NCBI GenBank assembly: GCA_021811155.1
Contig: JAJZPO010000006.1
Coordinates: 1 to 61,860 of the forward strand
Direction of reading: 5' to 3'
DNA: 61,860 nucleotides
From: Bacillota bacterium
GTDB taxonomy: Bacteria > Bacillota > Desulfitobacteriia > Desulfitobacteriales > JAJXUE01
The translations under genes and the position numbers were made by a program. The notes below the pieces were generated by a model. It was not told the DNA's origin and ran no database searches. It saw only the letters and a program-made list of their open reading frames with translations. Shown piece after piece: positions 47,864-56,844 of the stretch; the first letter of the stretch is position 1, and each line of letters begins with the position of its first letter.

Positions 47864-48742
47864 CTACACTTTTTCGCGGATATTCTTACCAAACAAGCCA
47901 GCGGGCTTGACAATCAACACAATAATCAATATGGCAAAGGCCACCGCATCCCGCCAAGTGGAATACCCCGCCCAGCTGACAAAAGATTCAACTATGCCCA
48001 GGAACAGCCCGCCGACCATGGCGCCGGGAATAATGCCGATGCCGCCAAGCACGGCTGCCACAAAGGCCTTAAGGCCGGGGATAATCCCCATCAGGGGGTC
48101 GATAGAATTGTAATAAACCCCGATCAAAACTCCGGCGGCCGCGGCCAGGGCCGAGCCGATAGCAAAAGTAGCCGAAATCGTATTGTTGACGTTGATTCCC
48201 ATCAGCATAGCCGCCTGGTAATCAAAGGAAACCGCGCGCATGGCTTTGCCCGTTTTGGTGTAGTGTACAATAAACTGCAGCAGGACCATTAAGATTACAG
48301 CGGTTGAGATCATGGCAATGTCGCCGATTTTAAAGGTGACGCCGCCCAGGTTGTAGATAGTATCAGGAAAGACCGACGGATAAGTCTGGATCTGGGGCCC
48401 AACCACCAGCATCCCGCCATACTCCAAAAACAGGGAAACGCCGATGGCGGTAATCAGGGCCGTAATGCGCGGATGGCTGCGCAGCGGCTTATAGGCTATC
48501 CTCTCAATCAGCACGCCAAGCAGGGCGCAGACAACCATAGACAGAATCAGTGCAGGCAGAAAAGACATCCCCAGATTGGTGGTGGCAAAGAATCCCACGT
48601 AGGCTCCCACCATGAGCACATCCCCATGGGCAAAATTGATCAGTTTGACGATCCCGTAAACCATGGTATAACCGAGGGCAATTAGGGCATAAATGCTGCC
48701 CACGGACAGACCATTGATTACCTGCTGAATAAATACTTGCAA
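47864..48742 (-). CDS. livH: Branched-chain amino acid ABC permease
   Basis: GSIYALIALGYTMVYG, INFAHG, KAFVAAVLGGIG; TTG start after AGGAG. Confidence 0.93.
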   Translation of the reverse strand: MQVFIQQVINGLSVGSIYALIALGYTMVYGIVKLINFAHGDVLMVGAYVGFFATTNLGMSFLPALILSMVVCALLGVLIERIAYKPLRSHPRITALITAIGVSLFLEYGGMLVVGPQIQTYPSVFPDTIYNLGGVTFKIGDIAMISTAVILMVLLQFIVHYTKTGKAMRAVSFDYQAAMLMGINVNNTISATFAIGSALAAAAGVLIGVYYNSIDPLMGIIPGLKAFVAAVLGGIGIIPGAMVGGLFLGIVESFVSWAGYSTWRDAVAFAILIIVLIVKPAGLFGKNIREKV

Positions 48743-48778
48743 ATTTGTCACTCCTATCCTGAAAAGAATCAACAGGTA

Positions 48779-48807
48779 AAATGAGGGGGGTTTTGCCCCC
48801 CTCATTT
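48779..48807 (-). terminator. Intercistronic hairpin after the substrate-binding gene
   Basis: AAATGAGGGGG...CCCCCTCATTT inverted repeat. Confidence 0.65.
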
Positions 48808-48865
48808 GAAACTAATGCGGGTTTGCCGGTAAGTAGTTACCTGGATTCGCCCTCAGCTTGCAAGA

Positions 48866-50053
48866 CTACTGTTGGGTAGGATTGATTTTGACCTTGAAGA
48901 CCTTTTGGCCGTCCTTGTTCTCCAGGACAACAGCAGGTTTGATCGGGTTATGTGTCTTGGGATCGATGCTGGTCTTGCCGCTCAAAGTGTTGAAGTCCTT
49001 GATGTTTTCCAGAGCGGTCCGGATCTTGCTGCCGTCAGTGCTGCCGGCATTTTTGATGGCCTCGGCCAAGATGTTCGCGGCGTCATACGCCAGGACGGCC
49101 AGGGCATCGGGTTCTTGGTTGTAGGCTGCCTTGTAGTTTTTCACAAAGGTCTGCACTGTGGGATCGTCGGTGGCCACGTGATTGACAAAATAGGTATTGT
49201 TCAGGTTGTCGGCGCCGCCAATCTTGACCAGTTCGGACGAATCCCAGCCGTCACCGCCGACAATCGGAAGCTTCATCTGGAGTTCGCGGGCTTGCTTGAC
49301 AATCAGTCCAACCTCATTGTAGTAGCCGGGAACGAAGATCATGTCAGGATTGGTGCCCTTAATCCTGGTAAGGGTGGAGCGGAAGTCCTTGTCCTGTGCG
49401 GCAACGTATTTTTCCACAGTGGTGATGGTGCCGCCCTTTTTCTTGAAGACATCCATAAACACATTAGCCAGGCCCTGGGAGTAATCGCTCTTCTGGTCAA
49501 TATAGACAGCGGCGGATTTGGCCTTGAGTTGGTCCCAGGCGAAATTGGCAGCGACTTCACCCTGGAAGGGGTCGATAAAGCAGGCCCGGAAAATGTAGGG
49601 GCGGACTTGCTTCGTGTCGGGGTCAACCGTTACTTTGGGGTTGGTAGACGTCGGGCTGAGGAGAGGAATCTTGTTATCGCCCGCGACCTGAACAGCCGCC
49701 AGGGTGTCGGAGCTGGCCACAGCGCCCAGAACCGCCACTACTTTGTCCTGAGTGATCAGCTTGGTAGCTGCGACAGTGGATTCACCTGGCTCCGATTTGT
49801 TGTCAGCGACAAGGAGTTTGAGCTGTTTGCCCAGGACACCGCCACTGGCGTTGATTTCTTTGAAGGCGAGGTTGATGCCGTTAACAGAAGACTGTCCGAA
49901 GGTAGCAGCGGCGCCTGACATTTCGAAGTCGCCGCCGATCAGGATTTCTCCGCCTTTTTTGTCCCCGGTTCCTGCGCCGGTTGTTGTGCCGCAGCCGGCC
50001 ACTAATGTCAGCAGAATCATGGCCGCGAGCAGAACTGCAATTCTCTTTTTCAT
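48866..50053 (-). CDS. Branched-chain amino acid ABC substrate-binding lipoprotein (LivJ/K family)
   Basis: Lipobox LVAGC, INASGGVLG, FRACFIDPFQG, GGDGWD; heads the liv operon. Confidence 0.92.
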   Translation of the reverse strand: MKKRIAVLLAAMILLTLVAGCGTTTGAGTGDKKGGEILIGGDFEMSGAAATFGQSSVNGINLAFKEINASGGVLGKQLKLLVADNKSEPGESTVAATKLITQDKVVAVLGAVASSDTLAAVQVAGDNKIPLLSPTSTNPKVTVDPDTKQVRPYIFRACFIDPFQGEVAANFAWDQLKAKSAAVYIDQKSDYSQGLANVFMDVFKKKGGTITTVEKYVAAQDKDFRSTLTRIKGTNPDMIFVPGYYNEVGLIVKQARELQMKLPIVGGDGWDSSELVKIGGADNLNNTYFVNHVATDDPTVQTFVKNYKAAYNQEPDALAVLAYDAANILAEAIKNAGSTDGSKIRTALENIKDFNTLSGKTSIDPKTHNPIKPAVVLENKDGQKVFKVKINPTQQ

Positions 50054-50172
50054 TTCTCTTTTTGCCCTCCTATTATTTGGAAATAAAGGTATCCAAAAAT
50101 CTAACCGGTCTTCCCCTCACCCCCTTTAAAGTAACTTCCATTTTCTAAATATTCGCACTTCGAAATGTTGAC

Positions 50173-50229
50173 AAAAGGGGCCCAGCTATAAAACTTTAGC
50201 CTTTACCGAAGGTTTATAGGCTGGGCCCC
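50173..50229 (-). terminator. Leader terminator/attenuator hairpin upstream of the liv operon
   Basis: Minus strand GGGGCCCAGCcTATAAA...TTTATAGCTGGGCCCC-TTTT between promoter and first gene. Confidence 0.7.
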
Positions 50230-50264
50230 GTTGCCAACTTGGAACTTTGTTAAAACTATGCCGA

Positions 50265-50294
50265 TCAACTGTTATGTATTAGAACAAATTTCAC
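50265..50294 (-). CDS. Candidate leader peptide MKFVLIHNS
   Basis: GTG AAA TTT GTT CTA ATA CAT AAC AGT TGA beginning 4 nt after the -10 box. Confidence 0.45.
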   Translation of the reverse strand: MKFVLIHNS

Positions 50295-50298
50295 CCTA

Positions 50299-50327
50299 AT
50301 CTTATAATTAATCACGAAAACTGTCAA
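50299..50327 (-). promoter_or_regulatory. SigmaA promoter of the liv operon
   Basis: Minus strand TTGACA-N17-TAAGAT. Confidence 0.75.
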
Positions 50328-50501
50328 CCGTTTTTTAGAATTAGAATTTTTCTACCCCTCCTTACCCTGTTAGCGGCATTCAGCAAGTTATGTTATTACC
50401 AATGGAATTCCAATAGAAACTCACCAACCTTTTTTGGAAGCACAGGTTGAATAGCTGGACATGTTACAACCTTAATACTTTTAGAATCAGCAAATCTTAA
50501 C

Positions 50502-50757
50502 AAAGCAAAACCGCCCCATGCGGAGCGGTTAGAAAGACATATTTATTAGGGGGGAACGCCGTTATCCGGTTGGTTGAACACAGACTTACAAACCTCTGAA
50601 ATTTCTCCACAACTTTCTAGGTCGGATTCAAACAAGGAACTCCTTGGCGTTCACAGAAAGGTTTCCACACATGGGTTAGACACTAACACACAGGCGAGCT
50701 TACCTTGATACCAAGCTATTGCACACAGATACAGATGCAATCACCGGCGTTCCCCTT
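50502..50757 (-). ncRNA. Unidentified structured ncRNA candidate
   Basis: Own promoter, 11-bp closing stem GGGGAACGCCG/CGGCGUUCCCC, internal hairpins, six UGUG motifs, terminator at 50502-50530. Confidence 0.7.
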
Positions 50758-50763
50758 AATTAC

Positions 50764-50792
50764 ATTATACCCACTCACAGCGCTTTCGTCAA
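50764..50792 (-). promoter_or_regulatory. SigmaA promoter of the ncRNA candidate
   Basis: Minus strand TTGACG-N17-TATAAT. Confidence 0.85.
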
Positions 50793-50823
50793 ACCTTTCT
50801 TTTTTTGTCCCTCGCTCCAATCA

Positions 50824-50862
50824 TTCTGACTTCTGAGTTCTGAGTTCTGAGTTCTGAGTTCT
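50824..50862. repeat. Heptamer tandem repeat
   Basis: ttctgac then (ttctgag)x4. Confidence 0.8.
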
Positions 50863-50873
50863 TACTCTCGAAT

Positions 50874-50903
50874 AAAAACCCCCCTTGTATTAAGGAGGGT
50901 TTT
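50874..50903. terminator. Terminator downstream of the small-peptide pair
   Basis: AAAAACCCCCCTT-gtatt-AAGGAGGGTTTT. Confidence 0.7.
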
Positions 50904-50929
50904 ACCAGGTCAATTTGCATAGTATAGGT

Positions 50930-51043
50930 TTACAAGAAGCAGAACACTGCGCAAAGGGCTATCAGAATCAATACGCCGATTACCACAGCGCCAATGCCGA
51001 ACCAGCTGCCAACACCTGCATAACCGAAACCGTATCCGTACAT
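50930..51043 (-). CDS. Small hydrophobic peptide, YjcZ-like (37 aa; not in ORF track)
   Basis: MYGYGFGYAGVGSWFGIGAVVIGVLILIALCAVFCFL*, RBS GAGGAAGGTG. Confidence 0.75.
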   Translation of the reverse strand: MYGYGFGYAGVGSWFGIGAVVIGVLILIALCAVFCFL

Positions 51044-51078
51044 CAATTACACCTTCCTCTCAAAATGATTTGTATTGT

Positions 51079-51186
51079 TTAGAACACCAAGCCCAGGGCG
51101 ATTAAGAGCAAAATCACAATTACTACCGCCGCAATTCCGCCAAACCAAAAACCACCGCCAGCTCCTGCTGCTGCAAATCCTGCCAT
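51079..51186 (-). CDS. Small hydrophobic peptide, YjcZ-like (35 aa; not in ORF track)
   Basis: MAGFAAAGAGGGFWFGGIAAVVIVILLLIALGLVF*, RBS AAGGAGG. Confidence 0.78.
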   Translation of the reverse strand: MAGFAAAGAGGGFWFGGIAAVVIVILLLIALGLVF

Positions 51187-51363
51187 TTTGAAATACCCTC
51201 CTTCAAAAGTTAGTTATGGGTTATACTTCAATATATGGTATGAATTGCCAGACGCAGGTGTTAAAAAAGTCCAAGTTTCTGCCCAAAAAAGGGTAAAAAC
51301 TTGTACTTTTTCACATTCTCGTCCCAAAAGCTTAAGCTACGCTGCCCCTAATGTCCAAACTGC

Positions 51364-53118
51364 TTACAAGACCCTCACAATGCCGCGATACACCAGCCCT
51401 CTCCTGCCATCAAGGGTTACCGTTTCACCTTCCGTCAGCAGACTGGTAGCATCTGCCGCTCCTACGATTACAGGTATTCCCAGGTTGAGACAGACGATAG
51501 CTGCGTGGGAAGTAAGCCCGCCCACTTCGGTTACTACTCCTGCGGCCTTTTCCATGGCCGGAACAAATTCCCGTTCCGTGCTGGTGGTTACCAGGATATC
51601 CCCCTGTTCAATCCTGGCCACGGCCTCTTCTCCTGTAGCCACCATCTTCACCGGTCCGGAGGCTATCCTGGAGCCGATACCTATACCCCTCGCAGCTATC
51701 TCTCCCACCACCTGAACCTTGATCAGATTGGTGGAACCCGGAACCCCCACAGGTACACCCGCCGTAATAACCACCAAATCCCCGCTTTTGATCTGACCAG
51801 CAGCCAAGGCCTTGGCCACGGCCTCCGCAACCAAATCGTCCGTGCCTTTGGTTTCATCGATCAAGACGGGGTTTACTCCCCACACCAGCTTGAGTTTGCG
51901 CAGCGCCGACCGCTCGGGAGTAACCGCTATGATGGGCGCCTGGGGCCGGTACATTGAAACCATACGGGCAGTAGAGCCTGATTTGGTAGCGGTGATAATG
52001 GCTGCTGCGCCCAGGTCCCAGGCAATGGTAGAAGTAGCATGGCTGATGGCATCGGGTGTGGTGCGCTGCAGGCAGGAAGAGCGGTTCCGCATCTTCTCTT
52101 CGAAATTGAGTGCCTGTTCTGACCTCTCAGCAATCCTGGCCATAGTCTTGACGGCATCAACCGGGTGCTTGCCGTTAGCTGTTTCCCCCGAGAGCATGAT
52201 AGCATCGCTGCCATCAAAAATAGCATTGGCCACATCACTGGCTTCAGCCCTGGTAGGACGTGGGTTGCGGATCATGGAATCCAGCATCTGGGTGGCGGTA
52301 ATTACAGGTTTGCCGCAATTATTGCACTTGGTGATCAGCATTTTTTGCACAAGCGGGACCTCTTCCGTCGGGATTTCTACCCCCAGGTCCCCCCGTGCTA
52401 CCATCACACCGTCAGCTACTTGCAGAATTTCATCTATGTTGGTTACGCCTTCCTGGCTTTCGATTTTAGCGATAATTTGAATGTCGCCCGCTCCACGGTC
52501 CTCGAGGAGTTTCCGGATTTCCAGCACATCCGCAGCCTTGCGCACGAAAGAAGCGGCAATAAAATCAACCTCTTGCTCAATGCCAAACTCAATATCCGCT
52601 ATGTCCTTGGCTGTTACGGCAGGCAGGTTGATGGAAATACCCGGAACGTTCACCCCTTTGCGGGAACCTAGTACCCCTCCGCTGGTTACGGTGCAGAAAA
52701 TCCGGTCCTGGTCCGCCCGCTCAACCTTAAGCCCGATTAATCCATCATCGATTAAAATTACGGCGCCTGGGTAGACATCCCGGGCTAATCCAGCATAGGA
52801 TACAGATACACTCTGGGCGTCACCCTCTCCGTCCGCGGTTCTGAGCACGAAGGTATCCCCTTCTTTTAGTGTTGCCTCACCTTGAGCCATTGCCCCTGTG
52901 CGGATTTCAGGCCCCTGGGTGTCCAAGAGTATGCCGATTTCTTTACCCAACTCCCGGGCTGCCGCGCGGGCGTTGGAGATCCTTTGGGCGTGCTCATCAT
53001 GGCTGCCATGAGAAAAATTGAACCGGGCCACATCCAATCCGCTGTTGATTAACTCTTTTAGGACTTCCACCGAGCTCGAAGCCGGTCCCAGAGTGCATAC
53101 GATTTTGGTTCTTCTCAC
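51364..53118 (-). CDS. pyk: Pyruvate kinase with C-terminal PEP-utilising mobile domain
   Basis: TKIVCTLGPAS, RFNFSHG, IAKIE, MVARGDLG, GGLTSHAAIV. Confidence 0.97.
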   Translation of the reverse strand: MRRTKIVCTLGPASSSVEVLKELINSGLDVARFNFSHGSHDEHAQRISNARAAARELGKEIGILLDTQGPEIRTGAMAQGEATLKEGDTFVLRTADGEGDAQSVSVSYAGLARDVYPGAVILIDDGLIGLKVERADQDRIFCTVTSGGVLGSRKGVNVPGISINLPAVTAKDIADIEFGIEQEVDFIAASFVRKAADVLEIRKLLEDRGAGDIQIIAKIESQEGVTNIDEILQVADGVMVARGDLGVEIPTEEVPLVQKMLITKCNNCGKPVITATQMLDSMIRNPRPTRAEASDVANAIFDGSDAIMLSGETANGKHPVDAVKTMARIAERSEQALNFEEKMRNRSSCLQRTTPDAISHATSTIAWDLGAAAIITATKSGSTARMVSMYRPQAPIIAVTPERSALRKLKLVWGVNPVLIDETKGTDDLVAEAVAKALAAGQIKSGDLVVITAGVPVGVPGSTNLIKVQVVGEIAARGIGIGSRIASGPVKMVATGEEAVARIEQGDILVTTSTEREFVPAMEKAAGVVTEVGGLTSHAAIVCLNLGIPVIVGAADATSLLTEGETVTLDGRRGLVYRGIVRVL

Positions 53119-53296
53119 GCTGATTTCCTCCCGATTCAGTTGCACAGATTTTGCTTGGATTTGCTTCTTTTTAGATTATCTCCTAACCGGGGGGTTCAAT
53201 GCAAGCAAGACCATAACATTTTGGCCTGACTGGCCCCGGAGATTCCACCTGTTAGAATAATAAGCCAAGGATTCAGAGTGTTGAGCAGATTTTTGT

Positions 53297-54286
53297 CTAA
53301 ACGCCGGCAAATCCCTGGGGATGATGTTTATGCCAATTCCAGGCGGTTGCGATGATCTCCTGAAGTCCCGTATAGGCAGGACACCAACCTAATTCAGCTT
53401 GAGCCCTGGCTGCCGAGGCCACCAAGACTGCAGGATCGCCAGGCCGTCGTGCGCTAACCAGCCAAGGGATAGCTTGACCGGTAACCTCCCTAGCCTGAGC
53501 AATAACCTCTTTGACCGAAAATCCCTGGCCATTGCCCAGATTATATACGCGGCTTGAGTTATTTCGGCGCAGATAATGGAGAGCCAGACGGTGGGCCTGG
53601 GCCAGATCCATGACATGAATATAGTCCCGGATACAGGTTCCATCCGTGGTCGGGTAATCATCGCCGAAAATGTCTATGGCTTCACGTTGTCCCAGTGCGA
53701 CTTGCAAAACGATGGGAATCAGGTGACTTTCCGGCTGATGATCTTCGCCGATCTTGCCTGAAGGGTGCGCCCCGGCAGCATTAAAATAACGCAATGCCAC
53801 AGACTTTAACCCATAGGCCGCATCACACCAGTGGAGCATTTTTTCAATGGCCAGTTTGGTCTCCCCATAAGGATTGGTCGGTACAGTTTGATCACTTTCT
53901 TCGATCGGTACCCTTTGCGGCTCGCCGTAAGCAGCCGCCGTGGAAGACAGGACGAATTTCCGCACACCATGTTTCTGCATTGCACTTAATAAACGCTGAG
54001 CGCCAATGACATTGTTATCATAATATTTCAGAGGTTCCTGCGCGCTTTCCCCGACCAGAGAATCCGCGGCAAAATGGATCACGGCTTCAATCTCATAGTT
54101 AGCAAAGATTTCATGCAGGGTTTCCGGATCCCGGACATCACCCCGCATCAATATGCCGGGTGGCACGGCCTGTGCATGTCCTTTTTGCAGGTTATCCAGA
54201 ACGATGACTTCCTCGTCATAGTCCAATAAGTCCGTTACCGTGTGGCTGCCTATATAGCCGGCACCGCCAGTCACAAGAATAGTCAT
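53297..54286 (-). CDS. galE: UDP-glucose 4-epimerase
   Basis: GGAGYIGSH, HFAADSLVGES, PYGETK, LRYFNAAGA, RDYIHV. Confidence 0.95.
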   Translation of the reverse strand: MTILVTGGAGYIGSHTVTDLLDYDEEVIVLDNLQKGHAQAVPPGILMRGDVRDPETLHEIFANYEIEAVIHFAADSLVGESAQEPLKYYDNNVIGAQRLLSAMQKHGVRKFVLSSTAAAYGEPQRVPIEESDQTVPTNPYGETKLAIEKMLHWCDAAYGLKSVALRYFNAAGAHPSGKIGEDHQPESHLIPIVLQVALGQREAIDIFGDDYPTTDGTCIRDYIHVMDLAQAHRLALHYLRRNNSSRVYNLGNGQGFSVKEVIAQAREVTGQAIPWLVSARRPGDPAVLVASAARAQAELGWCPAYTGLQEIIATAWNWHKHHPQGFAGV

Positions 54287-54326
54287 AAAACCTCCTTAAA
54301 AAAACCTGGCCATAAGGCCAGGCTGA

Positions 54327-55277
54327 TCAGGCAAATACGCCAATCTCTCTGTATTTGGTGTACCTCCGCTGCAGGAGTTCTTCCGGCGGCAGTTCAAGCA
54401 GTTTTCCCAGTTCTTCTTCCAAGGCTTCTGCCAGGTTTCTTGCTGTGAGGGCGTAATCCCGCTGGGCTCCGCCCAGCGGCTCCGGCACAATCCTGTCACA
54501 CACTCCAAACCTTTGCAAGTCCGGAGCAGTAAACTTCAGGAATTCAGCCGCATCCTTTACCCTGGAAGCATCCTTCCAAAGAATGGTGGCGCAGGATTCC
54601 GGGCTGATGACAGAATAAAATGAGTGCTCAAACATCAGGACCTTGTCTGTAACACCTAAAGCCAAGGCGCCGCCGCTGCCCCCTTCACCGATAACCACAC
54701 AAATAAGCGGAACCTTCAAGGCCGCCATGGTGATCAGATTTTTGGCGATGGCTTCAGCCTGCCCTCTTTCCTCCGCCGCCAGGCCGCTGTAAGCTCCCGG
54801 GGTATCGATAAAGGTGATCACAGGCCGGCCGAATTTTTCAGCCTGTTTCATCAGACGCATGGCCTTGCGGTATCCTTCCGGGTGGGCATAGGCAAAATTG
54901 CGCTGAATCTTTTCTTTGGTGTCTTTTCCCTTGACGTTGCCTATGACAGTCACCGGCATCCCTTTGAACAGGGCCAGTCCGCCGGCAATGGCCCTGTCGT
55001 CGGCAAAAGCGCGGTCTCCGTGCAGTTCAATAAAGTCTTCAAACATCAGCTGGGCATAATTATAAAAATTGGGCCGGTCAGGATGCCGCGCGATCTGGGT
55101 TCTCTGCCAGGGAGTGAGGCTGCCAAAGATAGCCTGTTTCAGGCTTTCAGCCTTTTTTTCCAGGGTAGCGATCTCTTCCGTCAGATCGAGTCCTTTTTCC
55201 TCTGAAAAAGCCCTAAGCTCGCTTATTTTGCTTTCCAATTCCACCAGAGGTTTTTCAAACTCTAATGGCTGGGCCAT
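54327..55277 (-). CDS. accA: Acetyl-CoA carboxylase carboxyltransferase alpha
   Basis: [30 protein letters not shown]. Confidence 0.96.
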   Translation of the reverse strand: MAQPLEFEKPLVELESKISELRAFSEEKGLDLTEEIATLEKKAESLKQAIFGSLTPWQRTQIARHPDRPNFYNYAQLMFEDFIELHGDRAFADDRAIAGGLALFKGMPVTVIGNVKGKDTKEKIQRNFAYAHPEGYRKAMRLMKQAEKFGRPVITFIDTPGAYSGLAAEERGQAEAIAKNLITMAALKVPLICVVIGEGGSGGALALGVTDKVLMFEHSFYSVISPESCATILWKDASRVKDAAEFLKFTAPDLQRFGVCDRIVPEPLGGAQRDYALTARNLAEALEEELGKLLELPPEELLQRRYTKYREIGVFA

Positions 55278-56122
55278 GTATGGTCCCCCCTCTGGTGCAG
55301 CTTCAACAGCTTGGTCAAAGTGTTTTTCAACTGTCCTCTTTCCACTACCAAATCAATAAGTCCGTGTTCACAGTTAAATTCCGCCGTCTGGGCTCCGGGC
55401 GGCAATTCCTGGCGGATTGTCTCCTTGATTACCCTGGGGCCGGCAAAACCGATCAATGCGCCAGGTTCGGCGATGATAAAGTCTCCCAGGGATGCAAAAC
55501 TGGCGGTTACGCCGCCAAAGGTTGGATCTGTGAATACGGATATGTACAACAGCCCCGCCTCATTGAACCTGGCCAGGGCTGCGCTGGTTTTGGCCATCTG
55601 CATCAAAGATAAGATTCCCTCCTGCATTCTGGCCCCACCGGAGGTAGAAAAAATAATGAGCGGCAGCTTATGCTCAGTTGCCCGCTCGATAAGCCGGCAA
55701 ATTTTTTCCCCGACGACTGATCCCATGCTGCCCATGACAAAGTTCGAATCCAAAACTCCAATGGCAACGCTAACGCCGTTAACCCTGCCTTCCCCCGTAA
55801 CCACGCCTTCCTGCAGGCCGGTTTCCTCCCTGGCCCGCGCCAGTTTTGCCTCATATTCAGGAAATTCCAGCGGATTGCAGGAAGTCAGGTCAGCATCATA
55901 TTCAGAAAAATCATCCAGGGTAATTTGGAGCCTTTCCCAGGCGGATAAGCGAAAATGGGTACCGCATTTATGACAAACCTTAAGGTTTTTTTCTAACTCT
56001 TTGTTAAAAAGGATCTCTCCGCAGCCGCTGCATTTGACCCAGAGTCCGTCCGGCATCTCTTTTTTGGGGACTGCCGGTGTGACGGTGACATATTTGGGCT
56101 TGCGGAACAAGTCCTTGAGCAT
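55262..56122 (-). CDS. accD: Acetyl-CoA carboxylase carboxyltransferase beta
   Basis: LWVKCSGC...CHKC zinc finger, [27 protein letters not shown]. Confidence 0.96.
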   Translation of the reverse strand: MLKDLFRKPKYVTVTPAVPKKEMPDGLWVKCSGCGEILFNKELEKNLKVCHKCGTHFRLSAWERLQITLDDFSEYDADLTSCNPLEFPEYEAKLARAREETGLQEGVVTGEGRVNGVSVAIGVLDSNFVMGSMGSVVGEKICRLIERATEHKLPLIIFSTSGGARMQEGILSLMQMAKTSAALARFNEAGLLYISVFTDPTFGGVTASFASLGDFIIAEPGALIGFAGPRVIKETIRQELPPGAQTAEFNCEHGLIDLVVERGQLKNTLTKLLKLHQRGDHTWPSH

Positions 56123-56142
56123 AAGCTATCCTCTCTTCCGTG

Positions 56143-56343
56143 TTAGGTTCTCCGGGCGTTAAAGATTATTTCGTGGGCCTCCTCGGCCTCTGATTCCGGC
56201 ACCAGAATCTCAACCGAACCGGCATCGCCTTGAGTGGAGGTGCCGATAGGTCTTAACTGAACCAACAGTCCTTCCGCCTGGAGCACGTTTTTGTAGTTTT
56301 CGGCAGTGGTCTTGTTAGGCGCAATATAAACTACGGTCCACAC
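56143..56343 (-). CDS. Small conserved hypothetical protein (DUF2007-like)
   Basis: MWTVVYIA...EILVPESEAEEAHEII; RBS AGGGGG; directly upstream of accD. Confidence 0.75.
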   Translation of the reverse strand: MWTVVYIAPNKTTAENYKNVLQAEGLLVQLRPIGTSTQGDAGSVEILVPESEAEEAHEIIFNARRT

Positions 56344-56501
56344 TGTGGCAACCCCCCTGTATGTCCTACTCTACAAGAAATGCGCGCTTCGTTTTTCCTC
56401 AGCGCGCGCATTTCAGTGCCCGTGTTCGATATACTCGGCAAAAGTTGCCGAGTATATACTTTCCTGAGGTATGAATAATCCGGCCTGACTATGCCGCTTG
56501 A

Positions 56502-56729
56502 TTAGTCAAAAGTACTTACCTGGCCATGCCTGGTAATAATCTGCGCCTTGCCGCGAACTTTAATGGCAGAAGTATGTTCTGTGAACTGGGCAATCATCAC
56601 CTCGCCCTTGTCAAGTTTTTCCGAGTGGTGAAATTTCGTGTCTTTCCCCCTGGTCAGCCCAATAATTGTCACGCCGTTTTCCAGGGCTTTGATTACAACA
56701 TATTCACTGCTGGAGTTCTCCAAAGTCAT
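56502..56729 (-). CDS. mtrB: trp RNA-binding attenuation protein (TRAP)
   Basis: [47 protein letters not shown]. Confidence 0.97.
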   Translation of the reverse strand: MTLENSSSEYVVIKALENGVTIIGLTRGKDTKFHHSEKLDKGEVMIAQFTEHTSAIKVRGKAQIITRHGQVSTFD

Positions 56730-56844
56730 CACCCCAAGTCCTGTTTCTCAGTTGAGTAATAAATTAGCAGCTTAATGATATCATACGGCTGTCCATTCTG
56801 CAATAAAACAGGGGGCGGCGCCCCAGCCCCCTGCAAAGCCTTAA

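Noticed and set aside
50551-50755. 6S RNA, tmRNA or SRP RNA identity for the ncRNA candidate
   Set aside because: No continuous rod with central bubble, no tRNA-like CCA end or tag ORF, no SRP GGAA/AGCAG domain
51188-51715. 175-aa plus-strand ORF opposite the end of pyk
   Set aside because: Antisense to pyk and to the micropeptide promoter region; no motif support
56378-56416. CUGAGGA...CGAA in the hairpin loop as a hammerhead ribozyme core
   Set aside because: No stem II or GAAA, no third stem, and the copy at 9858 lacks CUGA
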